64,000 nt of DNA from contig NW_020844815.1 in assembly GCF_003704095.1 (NCBI RefSeq), forward strand, positions 124,001-188,000, in the 5' to 3' direction. Below, piece by piece: positions 13,375 through 25,785 of this stretch; position 1 is the stretch's first letter, and each line of letters starts with the position of its first letter. Both the position numbers and the translations under genes were made by a program. The DNA comes from Pocillopora damicornis. Taxonomy: Eukaryota. The notes under the pieces are model-generated. The model saw only the letters and a list, made by a program, of their open reading frames with translations, did not search any database and was not told the origin of the DNA.

Positions 13375-13625
13375 CCGGGTTGTTCAAAGCTGGGGTTAAG
13401 AGTACACAGGGTCAGGTGTGAAATCTGATTTCAGATCTGGAAGCTATAAAATAGAATTCACTACAATTTATTTCATCTCAGAATTTGATGACTAGATTAC
13501 CTAAACAGTAAAGAACAAATTATTCCGAAAAGCTAATGAACAAGGCTGGTGATAATAAAAGAAAAACAGGATTGATATTTAAGCCTAGGACAACTGAGCC
13601 GTGGACTTAAAAAGCTTTTACGTAA
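13375..13625 (+). repeat. Dispersed repeat, second copy at ~33213-33455
   Basis: Shared ccgggtt..tcaaag..cagggt...aatctgatt.cagat....aaattat.cc.aaa block. Confidence 0.5.
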
Positions 13626-14166
13626 GTTATACTTCAAGGCNNNNNNNNNNNNNNNNNNNNNNNNNNNNNNNNNNNNNNNNNNNNNNNNNNNNNNNNNNNN
13701 NNNNNNNNNNNNNNNNNNNNNNNNNNNNNNNNNNNNNNNNNNNNNNNNNNNNNNNNNNNNNNNNNNNNNNNNNNNNNNNNNNNNNNNNNNNNNNNNNNNN
13801 NNNNNNNNNNNNNNNNNNNNNNNNNNNNNNNNNNNNNNNNNNNNNNNNNNNNNNNNNNNNNNNNNNNNNNNNNNNNNNNNNNNNNNNNNNNNNNNNNNNN
13901 NNNNNNNNNNNNNNNNNNNNNNNNNNNNNNNNNNNNNNNNNGGTTGAGGCCTCAGAGGGTCATCAGTGAAAGCGAGTACCAAAAGGGGAGGGTCATACCT
14001 CTTTGTAAGCTATTCAGGGTCACACACCTTTTCCAGAATTCTTTAATGCTGATTTTTGTGATGTTGCTTTCCATTTTCCTTACGGATAAAGGTTTTCTTT
14101 TCACCTACTTTGATTTAATTTGGTGTTTTATTATAGGTCAGTCTAGGTTACATTTCTACATGTACA

Positions 14167-14800
14167 TTATGCCATGGCACATAGTTTTCTCGGAGGACTC
14201 GTGTCTTCAGCTTCTTGCTCCTGTTGACTATCCGCTGTCTGATCTCCTGAGTCATTTAGTTCTGAAGAGTTAGTAATAAATCCAGTAATGCGCTCTACCC
14301 TGTCACAGTCACTGTCAGACTCTGAATTTGAGTCACAGGCTGGCTGAATGTTGTTCTAACTGTCTTGCACAACAGAAGTCAAAATCTTACTGCGAATATG
14401 TGCCTTCACCACCCTCACTTTCTCATCTTTCTTTCCTTTAAATGCAACATTGTGATGATTAATATGCAGTTCAAGTTCACCTACTCTAAGGGATGACAAC
14501 TGGTTTCTAGGATAGAGATCTTCCCAGTCAATGTCATTGTATTACTGCTGCTTTCTTTCTGCACGCTTCCCGTCATTATCTGTCCAGCGCTTAACTTTTC
14601 TCATTTCAATGTCAGTTTGATGCTCGATGTAATCTGCGACAAGCCTTTCTGAAACAATGTATTTTTTCAGAAAACTCTTTGACTGCCTTTTCATCCCCTG
14701 CTTTAAGCTTACCCCCTTGAAAAATCTGTTCTATTTGAGCTCGAGGCTCAGGTTTGCGGCCACTCGTAAGTGTTTTCGTACTTGGTAGGTAGTGAAAGTC
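14167..14800 (-). pseudogene. Decayed ORF fragment with SAP-like motif, probably a transposon-derived protein C-terminus
   Basis: One frame reads ...PRAQIEQIFQGGKLKAGDEKAVKEFSEKYIVSERLVADYIEH...QQ*YNDIDWEDLYPRNQLSSLRVGELELHINHHNVAFKGKKDEKVRVVKAHI...DS*NNIQPACDSNSESDSD...MA*, with in-frame stops at 14542-14544 and 14356-14358. No introns seen. Confidence 0.5.
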
Positions 14801-16243
14801 GGGAAGTTTGCTGTAATCGTGATAGGGTCGTGGTGTTGGTGTCGCTGGAGAAGGACTTACAAAGTCTCAAATTTTATACTTCCATATTCAAACTTCAGCT
14901 ATAAAACGTAAATATGCTACACTGATTGTTTACATTTTCTTGTTTCAGCTCGCACACATTCAATATCGAGATATATTTATATTCAAACATTTTGCGTTCA
15001 CAAGCGAAATGTTCTGAGGTTTTTGTACGGCATGGAACGTACCATGTAGTAGTGAGGGTAGGGTCGCACTTTTGTCAGTCACCTAAAGGTGGGGGGGGGA
15101 GGGGGTCAGGAGTTTTTTTTTTTATCAAAACGCGAAGGGAGGGCCAACACTTGTTTTTTGAAAAAGCCTCCTAATCGTGGGCTATCTTCCGACAAGTTAC
15201 TCTTGTTGAAAGATAATCCAGTGATTGATTTCCTCCCTTTTTCAACACCTCAACCCTTAGAGTGACCGACCTCTTACAATTTCACCTCACATAATTACCC
15301 TCGAATCAAACATTAAGGCCATGAGAATAAACGAAACGATCACCAATTTAGGAAGCTTGTCGATCACAGTTTTTCAGGAAAACTTGTCGAATAAGCACAT
15401 CCCATAATCCCTTGGTGCAAAGGGATACACTAAAATACAGAAACCGGAGCGTAAGTTTACATTGTACTTTTTTTTAAAGTTTCTATTCAGCATATTTAAA
15501 AAAATTTCCTAGCCAGTTATTAAGAGGGTTTTCGTTTAGTGAGAACTGCCTTTAAAACGTAAAAGACAAGAAAAACTTTAAAAATTGGCGAACCTTAAAA
15601 AATGTCATGTAGGTATAGATGTCGGTGAATTGTACCTCAATGTGAAGCCGCAAGTGCATTACTTATGGTCATGTTAGTCTTCCAAACATTTGCTCGCGCG
15701 CTCAACCTTACTTTAGTAGATCAGAGATATCTCGACTTGACTTCAATCAACAGCCATTGATGTTTTCTTTGGTTAATAATTATCAGAAATCCGTTTAATA
15801 TTCACAAAGTTATGAAATTTGGCGCCAAATGGTCTTCGCAGGGTGTCAAAGGGTAAAACCTCGGACAATAGTCTTGACGTGCGTCTTGTCAAGTCAAGCA
15901 GCAAAATTAATCTTCAAAGATCTCTCTTGACAATCCTCCAAGTTCAAGAACTGACATGTTGGTATTTGGAAAAAATATCGTCAAATTAAACTTTCTTGTG
16001 TAAACGCCAGTACTAACAGTAACAGATACTGATAAGCACGACACCAACTGGAGAGAAAATGAATTAAAAAATAAATCGAGACATTTAATCAATCACGTGT
16101 AATGTGGTGTATCTTCAACTTTAATCGAATATTTAAGGGTGATCCGCTGGGCTTGCGGGCGCGAATCTTGTCCCAGATGGTTTTAATTACATTTCACGTG
16201 TCACTAGTCGGGGGCACGATTTGAATTGCAAATTGCGTAATTT

Positions 16244-16255
16244 GTTGCTAGCAAC
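16244..16255. promoter_or_regulatory. Palindromic RFX X-box-like motif GTTGCTAGCAAC in a CpG-rich segment
   Basis: Perfect 12-bp palindrome matching the RFX consensus GTTGCY..RGCAAC, within CpG-rich 16090-16380 and upstream of strong splice donors at 16434 and 16552. Confidence 0.5.
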
Positions 16256-16536
16256 GCAGGAGCGTGCTGGTGGCTGAAAACGAAAAATTCATCAACTTTT
16301 TTCCCGATCGTTGCTCGGTATTTCACTGGATTGGGAAGAAGAGAAATTGAGTTTAAGTGCGGTGCGAAATGGAGAAACTGACTTTATTAACGACCAACAT
16401 GGAGATATATCGACATCCTAGACATGTTCCAGGGTAAGTTTTTAAGAGACAGCACGCGTGGTACAAGAGATAATATTAATGGAACTATCTCGATCTAGCA
16501 AAACATTGGGAATGATGTAAAACTGTGGTCGATCTT

Positions 16537-17392
16537 ATGCGAGAGGAAGTCGTAAGTGAGCGAGAGTAATTTTGAAGCATTGTTACACTCCGAGTGTTAA
16601 TTTTCACTAGGATAGTGTTATTCCTGGGGTAATGTTTTACTGGTTCAATATAATTTCAGTTCCAGAAGTTTGCAAATTCATCAAAACAAAATAAGGTAGT
16701 TGAGTGTAAAAATGTGTACATTGATTGTGAAACGAAGGGTTTCGCTGAAGTCTTTGAGTTCTTGATGGGCGAGATTTTCTACTTAATTGTCTGAGATAAA
16801 AGAAATAATTTTGTTTTCAAGGACGGTATTCAATATCCGGTTTGCCACCATGTGGCTGAAAAATTCATTTACCCCGCGCTACATGTAGGAAAACGATCAA
16901 TTNNNNNNNNNNNNNNNNNNNNNNNNNNNNNNNNNNNNNNNNNNNNNNNNNNNNNNNNNNNNNNNNNNNNNNNNNNNNNNNNNNNNNNNNNNNNNNNNNN
17001 NNTCTCATCGGCACGCCTCAAAGGAAGGCAGCTCATAGTCGAAATTTTCCGCTCCACATGAGGGTAATCCAGATCAAAAATGGTTCTAACTCTTTTTCAA
17101 TAGCACCACCAACACGTACTTTCCATCAGAAGTCAATGGAAACAATAATACTGGTGTATACTTTGAAAGTCAGCAAAAGGAAACTTACGTGTTTTTCTTG
17201 TGTAGGCTGCCCAACATCATCGGGAACATTACAAAGACAGAACAGAAACAGTTCCACCTGTGAGACTTTTTATCTTGCCAAATGTGTTTCATGATACCAA
17301 GTCTCGCAGAATACCTGCGTAAGTATATGGATGGGACTTTTATGTCTTGTTTTCATTTCATACCGTCTATTTTTATTTTCAGGCAGTTCTAA
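16537..17392 (+). CDS. Possible small spliced protein of unknown family (interrupted by N gap)
   Basis: Phase-consistent GT-AG chain 16537-16551, 16660-16695, 16822-[gap]-17063, 17206-17318, 17383-17392: MREEV/FQKFANSSKQNK/DGIQYPVCHHVAEKFIYPALHVGKRSI..LIGTPQRKAAHSRNFPLHMR/AAQHHREHYKDRTETVPPVRLFILPNVFHDTKSRRIPA/QF*. No homolog recognised; frame across the gap cannot be verified. Confidence 0.3.
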
Positions 17393-18886
17393 CCCCCTCG
17401 TCACTTTTGTCCTCATTGTCTAAGGGCCTTTGTAACGCGGGATCAATGAGCCTGCCTTCTGAAATTCAGCATATGGGAACAGAAACCAAACACAAAAAAA
17501 TGCTTTTATTGTAGCCAGGACTTGGAAGCGGTGTTTTAGGTTGTAATGCACGTTGCAGTGGTAAGGCCTCTGAGTGCTCCTGTGTTGCTCGTCATCAACT
17601 GATATGATAGGGAAGGGGGGTGGTATAATTTGTCAATACTGATCTGTCAAAATACAACTACTGTAAACTGTTGGGAATCAACTTCCTCGTGGGTGCACGT
17701 GGTGGTCAGTTTTCCATAATGGAGTGCTTTTCGATTGACTGTCGTAAAATTGTCATAAAACCAATCGCGAATGTGTCGTGATTGGTTTTAGTTTTGCTTC
17801 TAATTGGTCGAGAAGATGGCACGAGTTTTCAGGTCCAATTACTGAGCGAAGTAAAACAAAGCCGATGCAGTCCTTGAGTACTTTCGACATTTAAATGGAA
17901 ATTGCTCTTTTATCTTTCGATTCTCGCTCTTTCGTTTCTTAACAGAGCGGGAAGAACTAAAAATGAAGAAAGAGCATTAGCATNNNNNNNNNNNNNNNNN
18001 NNNNNNNNNNNNNNNNNNNNNNNNNNNNNNNNNNNNNNNNNNNNNNNNNNNNNNNNNNNNNNNNNNNNNNNNNNNNNNNNNNNNNNNNNNNNNNNNNNNN
18101 NNNNNNNNNNNNNNNNNNNNNNNNNNNNNNNNNNNNNNNNNNNNNNNNNNNNNNNNNNNNNNNNNNNNNNNNNNNNNNNNNNNNNNNNNNNNNNNNNNNN
18201 NNNNNNNNNNNNNNNNNNNNNNNNNNNNNNNNNNNNNNNNNNNNNNNNNNNNNNNNNNNNNNNNNNNNNNNNNNNNNNNNNNNNNNNNNNNNNNNNNNNN
18301 NNNNNNNNNNNNNNNNNNNNNNNTGGCTTCCTTGTTCATACGAATGTTTGTCGTTTAAAATTTTTGGTATTCAATTTTTATGGTTTGTTGAACTCTGAAT
18401 CATATCAAAATTTTAGATGACTTCATCGGATACTAGATACTGATATTGATCCCACTTACTGCAACACTTGTTCTCTATCTCCCGGCCCACTGTCCGTTCT
18501 CATCTCACCCTCAATGGGTAACCACCATGCAAAACTAGCCAGTGACGATCTTAAACGTTTCTGTGTCAGGTTACTAGTCAGCGGAGACATGCTAAAAAGC
18601 GCGAAAAGCGAAATGTGGAGGGAATAACGCGAGGACAGCTACATAGCTCTTCTCCATTGAGCGAGGGCCTGGAACAGGCTAGTTGCTGGAAAGATCCGTG
18701 AAAGGGCCTGAAAGGGAAAGCACTGAAACTAGTAGGAAGGTCACCAGCATTAGCCCTGCCTTGCGCCTTAATGAGTAAGGAGAACGTAACTCTTTGCCCT
18801 TCGTCATTTATTGAGGTTAAATCATCAACAAACGGTGAAAAATAGACTTTAGACTTTTTGAAGATGGCAGATCTAGCTACAATCAG

Positions 18887-19100
18887 GACAATTTGGTTTT
18901 AACAACTGAATTGATAATTTAAATTGGCCACCGGTAAAGAGTTTCTCAAGCTGATGTTTCGTCTAACGCTCGAAACGTCAGCTTTAGAAACTCTGTATGG
19001 CGGCCAAATTACATTATCAACTCATTTGCCTAAGCCAGATTGTCTTTTCATACCTTCACCGACACCGCACCTCAGTTTCTCAGAAAATTTACCCCCTTTG
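18887..19100 (+). mobile_element. Penelope-like terminal fragment with inverted partial duplication
   Basis: 18887-18960 is a diverged reverse complement of 18970-19044 (centre ..tttcg tctaacgct cgaaacgtcagc..). The body matches the family at 5175-5284 and 24168-24327. Confidence 0.65.
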
Positions 19101-19246
19101 TTGTACTTTAAAGCCAGACTGAAAAAGTAACTTTTTGGAGCCTGGGACTTAGTGCTAAGGCCAGGCTACCAAGTAATTATTCCGAAACAACCTCAACTGC
19201 GTCATGTAAGTCTAAATTTGTTCGCCTTGTAGTGACATTTTTAAAT

Positions 19247-22200
19247 ATGTTTGCTGGTATTTCTGGAAATCAGCCCTCTCCTCAAGGTTTGTATATCTTT
19301 TTCGCAATTACTATTGTAAACTCTGGTTTTTAAGAAGAGGAATTTACCTCAATGGAAGGGTGGAGAGCCGATAGGTCTGAGATTTTTGCTGAATTTATCA
19401 GTTATTTACGCTGATGCAGCTATTTGAAACGTGAATTAAGAATTTAACAGTGTGTTGTATTGATTATTTCTTGGTTGGTTGTTTCTTACAGCCATGAGGC
19501 CAGAGTTGTTTGAGGTATGACTCCATTCGAATTCAGTTTTATTCACAGTAAATTAAAGTTCATCATATTAAGATTCAACTGCTTACAGCATACATGCATT
19601 ATATCTTTTGGAAAAACCAAAGGTAATTTAAAAATAGAAGATGCGTTTGATTCTATTTATGGTACACAATAAATTTAAAAAATATCTTGGTGATAGGATT
19701 TTGTATCGTGTTTCCTTCTTTAGGAAGTGAAGCTGTACAAGAATGCTCGTGAGAGGGAAACGTAAGTATTGCACCTGACAAATTTAATGATGTCATCAAG
19801 TTTAACGCTTTACCCCAGTATGGAGGTGACTTATTCTTGAAGGATGAGCAGGTTACTTGTAAAAGGGGCATTAGCCCAATGGTCAGGTGCAAAAATTTAG
19901 ATTAGAAGATCTGAGTTCAAGTCCTAGCAGGAAACAAATTAATGATTTTTATGGCTTTTTCTGGGCTCTCACAGTGTGTCTCCTCTGGGAGTGAAATTGG
20001 GGAAACCAAATGAAATTGGAGGGGGAGGGAGTACCAGTGTACAATGCATTTACCTCCCATTCAGAGGTAATACTTGGTAATTACCTTACCTGTTCCATGG
20101 AAAGTTAGGAATCAAAGTTTTGTTAAGTTAATTGGCTCACAAAGTCCATGAGTTGTAACCTGACACATTACAGGTAAAGCAGCTATCTATATGCCTGCCA
20201 ACTGTAACATAACACAAACATCAACAGCATTGTTTAATATTAAATCTTCACAAGGCCAGTCTGCAGAGTATGGCAGAACTTGTAAGATCTTGCATGTGCA
20301 ATACAGTGATTATGTGATGTAAAATGAATGTTTAAGAAATACCTTGTGGGTGTACCTGCTGTACGCTGTAGACTGGTTACTTGGTCACCTTTCCCCAACC
20401 TCTACCAGACACCCTCAATTAATTGGCATTGTTTCATGTTCTAAAGATCATGAAATCTCATGATTCTCAACTACTACTGGATGTATCTCTCCTATTAACC
20501 CTGATGGTGTTAGCCCAATGATGTTTGACACAGTTTGTTTAGTTCCTTACATTTGCTCTATCTTTTCAGATATGACAACATGGCAGATCTATTTTCTATC
20601 ATCAACACTTTACAATGTTTGGAGAAAGCTTACATCAGAGATGTAGTGACACCAAGAGAGTGAGTGTTGTTAGTGATTCCTAATAAACTTTCCTTTTGTC
20701 TAACTTAAAGTTCTTAAAATTTAATTCAAACCACTCAGATAAATGCTAATATTTTCATGCTGATGTAAACCTTTTTAATGCCAGCTAAAATTGCTTAGCC
20801 ATGCAGATTTCATAATTTTTTCAGGTTAACAATGTGATTTTTTAAGCCCTGATAATTTTCCTCTTTCTTCATAGTTGATTCAATACATCTTTCTCCCCCT
20901 TTTTTACTAATCTCATCCTGTTTACACGGTGTACTCCACAGAAACATGAAAAAGAGTCAAATTAAATTAGTTAATTTGAGTCAATTAATTTGTGTTTTCA
21001 AATTTTTTGTTAATTCAATCTGTAAATGAAGAAAGCATTGTGCATTTTTTTTCTACAATTGTGTTGATTACTTGTATCAAGATAAACATGTAAGTTTTGT
21101 TAACAGGTAAATTTTATTCAATCACCAAAACTTCATATCTTTCTTTTAAAAAGTGTTCTGCCAATCTTTTAGCATCTTTTAGGACCTTTCAAATTTGAAT
21201 TTTCTCCTTTAGAAACATTGACAAAAGGCAGCCATTTTGAAATTTAGTGCTCCTGCTTATAATCACCTCTTGCTTGGGGATTATGGTGAGATATGATGTA
21301 ATCTGTGACCAATAAGAGCGTGCACATCTCTATAAACACTTGAGCATTTATACTAATTATAATTATTATTGAATACAACTTTTGCTCTCAGCCCACACAA
21401 TTAATGTGAGTTAACTAACTGATTGCTATACTTAACAGCATTCACTGTATAAATTTTTCTTAGATACACTGCTGCATGTTCTAAATTACTGGTTCAATAC
21501 AAGGTGAGGTATACACCTCTTGGTTGTTTATTATAACAATTAATACCACCATCATTGTGACCTTTTTTATTTACACTGCAAAATTGTCTCCTTGCTCTGT
21601 AGATGTAAATTTTGGCTAAAGAATCCTTTCCTATTAGTTTCTTTGTTTCAACATGGTATCTTAAATTTAAACTATGTGGAGATGTTTGTTTTTTGTCCTT
21701 AAAAGAAGTCTCCTGGAGTGGTGCTTGAAATACTTCCACCTAGTACTGATTTATTATAGTGTGAATTAATATTGTTAAGTTAGTTAACAGGAGGTGCTAT
21801 TTTCAGGCTGCCTTCAAGCTTGTGCAGTCAGCTGAATATCCAACAGTAGAGGCTTTCATGAAAAAATTTAGGGTAAGATTTTTATGAACCTGCTCTTTTT
21901 TCTTTTGTTGGGTTTTCTTTTATTTTTTAAACACTAATGTGGCTCATTGACTGAAAGAGAGTGTAAAAGCAATTAATTGCATAATTTTAGTGGAAATCAC
22001 AAAGGATTAGTCATGGACTCTTTACGATTTGGCAGGTGTACTTTTGCAACTCATTGTTAAAAAAATGTTATCATAATAACGTATTGATATCAAGACAGAG
22101 AGTTGTACCTGAAGAAACCAAGTTACTCCAGAACCCTCTGCTCTAATATCAATACTCACTGGTCTAATAATTACTGGGTATAACTTGAAGTACAACTATC

Positions 22201-24815
22201 CATCCAGAAAGTCCCTTTAAAAAAACTGATTTCTAACATAGGACCTCATCTTTCATTAGTTGAATTTACCATTCCTGTGACACATGAAATACACTAGATT
22301 AACCCTTTAACTCCCAAGATCTGATTGTTAATCCTCCCTTCTAGCTGATACACATTCCCTTGTAAATTGGTTATGAGAATTAGGTGTTCGAACAAGGTAA
22401 TATCTTGTACCTGATGAGTTTGAGTATAATCACTGCCTGTTTTCGAGATAATGTATGGGTATTACAGGGAGTTGTTACATGTTAATCACTTCTAGGAGGT
22501 AAGGGATTAAAGGAGAAAAAAGAAAAATGAAGAAAGAAAGATGTCCAAATGCTATGTTTATTTTGAAGAGTTTGGGCGGATGGAGTTAAAAGCATTTAAG
22601 TTTCATCTATTTTATCTACTATTAATGTGATTCATGCGAGTGTGGTATTTGTTTGTTTAGCTGGATTGTCCTGCTGCTCTAGAGAGAATAAAAGAGGGCA
22701 GACCCATCACTATCAAGGATGATAAAGGAAATACCAGTAAAGCCATTGCAGACACAGTTTCAGTGAGTAAAAGATCTATCATGTAATCATGCAAGTGCAT
22801 ATTGTATCACATAGCTATTGAATAAAGTAATGTTCATCACAGAAGTGAACATGGTTTTTAAGTTGTGGCATTTCTTAAATTGGACTGGATACTCGGGTTT
22901 CAAGATGAAATTATATTCATTTTAGAGGATTTGTAATTTTTTGTCTTTGGTTAAGTAAAGAAATCTTTTGAGGGGATGTTGATGACATTGTTTTTGATAT
23001 GGAGTTGAGTTGCACAATTTTTTTTTTTTTTGCCATTTCCAAATTCTTTGTCTCCACTGATGATCCACAACTGATATTTGAAATTAGGAGAATTTCAAGA
23101 GAGCATTTTTGTAATACTATATACATAAGTTCATGAAATTGCAGGTGTAGGAGTTCAAGCATATTGGTTTTAGGCAAGAAATTATCCCCACAGATCCCCT
23201 TTCTCTTGTTCACATGTTCTCTCAGTTATTGTTTCTTTGCTTTAATTTAAGCTCTTTATAACAATCATGGACAAGCTCAGATTACAGATCAGAGCCATGG
23301 ATGAGGTAACATGGTACTAGTGATAGTGGCTTGATTATAGGTATCTTTTCATCAAGCTTTCATGTAGGGTATAGTTTAGGACTTTCCTTAAAGGAAATGG
23401 TTACACTCAGGCGTTCTGCATGGTATGGATGCTTTGCAAGTCAAGTGCAAGTCAAGTGCAAGTCACAAGTGCAAGATGGTTTTTCAAATTCAGAGCAGAA
23501 GTTTTTTTAGTCTCATTTTTTTTACAATGCCCAGAAAGTTTATCAGGGAGCCTCATTCAGGTAGCCCAAAGATATTTGTCTTTGGATTGTGTCAATTTCT
23601 GATTCAGCCAATTCTAACATCTACTGTTAATTAGTTGTTCTCTTTACAACAATTCCTTACTGTGATTATAATGATTATTTACAACACAGATTCATCCAGA
23701 TCTGAGAGACTTAATGGATACTATGAACAGCCTTAGTGCACTCCCTGAGGATTTTGAGGGAAAAGTCAAAGTGAATGGGTGGTAAGTTTTAATAAATGTA
23801 GTTTAGGAATAAGATTAATGATGAGAGCTGGATCATTATCCAGGAAATTAAAATTGTTATCCATCACCTGCCAGTCATTCACTGCAAGTGAAAAATAGCC
23901 TGAGGAGGATGGAGTGGAAATTGCCAGTACGACAATAATTTAAGGGTTGATGTGTGAAACAACTACTAACGTCATAAATTATAAAAGAAGTCTGCTTGAA
24001 CATCCGTCCACTGAATGTTGCTGACTTACAGGTTTTTCTCTCTGAAAATTAATCTTGCTTAGCTTAAAATGAGTTGCACTTTAAACAATGGACAGAGACA
24101 GTGCTTAGATTGTGGGAGAGTTATGGGATGAGGGTACTCTGGAGTAATAGCAAAATTTACCACACTAATAAATAAGGGGGTAACTTTCTAAAGAAACTGT
24201 GGTGCTGTGTCAGTGGGAGAGTATAACAGGGTAGTTAAGTATTATCAACTGAGTTGTTAATGTAAATTGGCCATCGTTAGAGTTTAAAAGTTGACATTTC
24301 AAGCATTAGCCCTTCATCAGAGTGATTGAACTCCCTTTTACCATACTATGCCATAGTATGGTAAAAAAGTGAGCAAATTCTGGGAGTGCATGGTATCCTG
24401 CACTCTACAGATTTAACTGATCATGTAAAGCTCAGGTTTAATGAGACTCTCATTGGTAGTGGCCCAAATTTGTAGAATATGGATGTAAGCCAGATATTAC
24501 TAGTACCAATCCCCTACATTTGGGGCTTTTGTACTTTACCAACATTCTTACTTAAACCAGGGGTAACTCAAAGACAACTAGCAGATTCAAATTCAAGTGA
24601 ATGATATATGGTCATAAAACACACAAACTGTTTACCACTGGGTAAGTTTCTGACTGCTTACTGATTACTGATTTGTTTTGCCTGTAAACTGCAGGTATGA
24701 AACACTGAGCAGTATGAAAGCAAGTGATGAACTTACTGATGAACAAGTGCGACAGATGTTGTTTGATTTAGAACAGGCATATAATGCATTCAACAGATCT
24801 CTGCAGCATACCTAG
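19247..24815 (+). CDS. VPS28: ESCRT-I subunit VPS28, 10 coding exons
   Basis: Exons 19247-19286, 19492-19514, 19724-19761, 20570-20659, 21464-21503, 21807-21872, 22661-22762, 23252-23305, 23690-23781, 24695-24815: [131 protein letters not shown]. Confidence 0.96.
22299..22510. mobile_element. TTAA-flanked MITE
   Basis: TTAACCCTTTAACTCCCAAGATCT... near-identical to 31770-31982. Confidence 0.8.
24168..24327 (-). mobile_element. Penelope-like/hammerhead-bearing repeat copy (CpG-decayed)
   Basis: Minus strand reads cactCTGATGAagggctaatgcttGAAAtgtcaacttttaaactctaacgatggccaatttac...cacagtttctttagaaagttacccccttattt. A partial copy also lies at ~27110-27175. Confidence 0.65.
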
Positions 24816-25785
24816 GTGGAGTGGAGTTAGTTATATTCACAGTGCTAAAAATCTGTTAAGATCTTATGACACATGTTAACATCTTTGCAATCACCGGATA
24901 TATCTTTGTCTTGTTAACAGTCTTATCCCTAAACATGAATGGTAGCCTTCAAGATTTTTTCCGGAAATTCAAATTTAACTGTGATGTACTGCAATCTAGA
25001 TGTGATCTTATACACTTCATTCAGGCCACTATTCAACTGCAAAGAAAATCTCCTTGTAGTTTTGAGGAAATTAAATATGATATGTAAATAAACATGTTTG
25101 CAATCTTTTTTCTGTGTAGTGCATAACATAGAACCTATACCTAAATTTAAACAAGGAAAGAGTAAATAACTTTGTCATTCAAGTGGTACTCAAAACAAAG
25201 TGGAAGTAGCTCAATGTTCAGCATGCTGAACTCCCATGTCAAGAGGTCTGGGGTAGAGCCTTGACTTGGCATCTATGCTTTAATCCTAGACAAGACACTT
25301 CACTCTCTTCCCCCAGGGGTATACATGTAAATGAATATCAGCAATATGACAGAGAAACTCGAGGAAATGCTGAGGGATACTCTGCAATAGTTAAGCATCC
25401 CACCTAGAGGGTGTAGTAGTACTTCCAGCTATATACTTTATGAAAGGAAAACCAAGAAGAGCTGTATTGAACAGATTTATTTTCAACTATTTGATTTCTC
25501 AACTGCTTACAAAATACAGCAATCAACGATTGCAGTATTTTGTAAGCAATTGAAATCTGCAATCATTGATTGCTGATTGTCATAACATTAATGTGTTTAG
25601 AAATTGAGTCACTGGTCTGAACTCTCGGTCATTGGAAAAAAAAATCCACGGATGTCAAGTGGTTAATTAATTGTTATTCAGAAATCCGTTGCTCTAGTCA
25701 CTATTCCTTCAAAGAGGTGTTGTCATTGCTTTCTTAAATGTGAGTAAATATGGAGGACAGTGCAAGCCAAGTGATAGTTTTGATA

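Noticed and set aside
16424-16433. ATGTTCCAGG/GT as the first VPS28 coding exon (MFQ..)
   Set aside because: Phase-compatible, but 19247-19286 ([13 protein letters not shown]) fits the VPS28 N-terminus better; kept only as a possible alternative.
13533-18420. ORFs containing X runs (also 52230-52489, 55832-56041)
   Set aside because: Artefacts of N gaps at 13641-13941, 16903-17002, 17984-18323, 52304-52403 and 55900-55999.
23818-23903. Possible C/D snoRNA (ATGATGA...CTGA) in a VPS28 intron
   Set aside because: No terminal stem, no clear C'/D' boxes and no recognisable rRNA antisense element.
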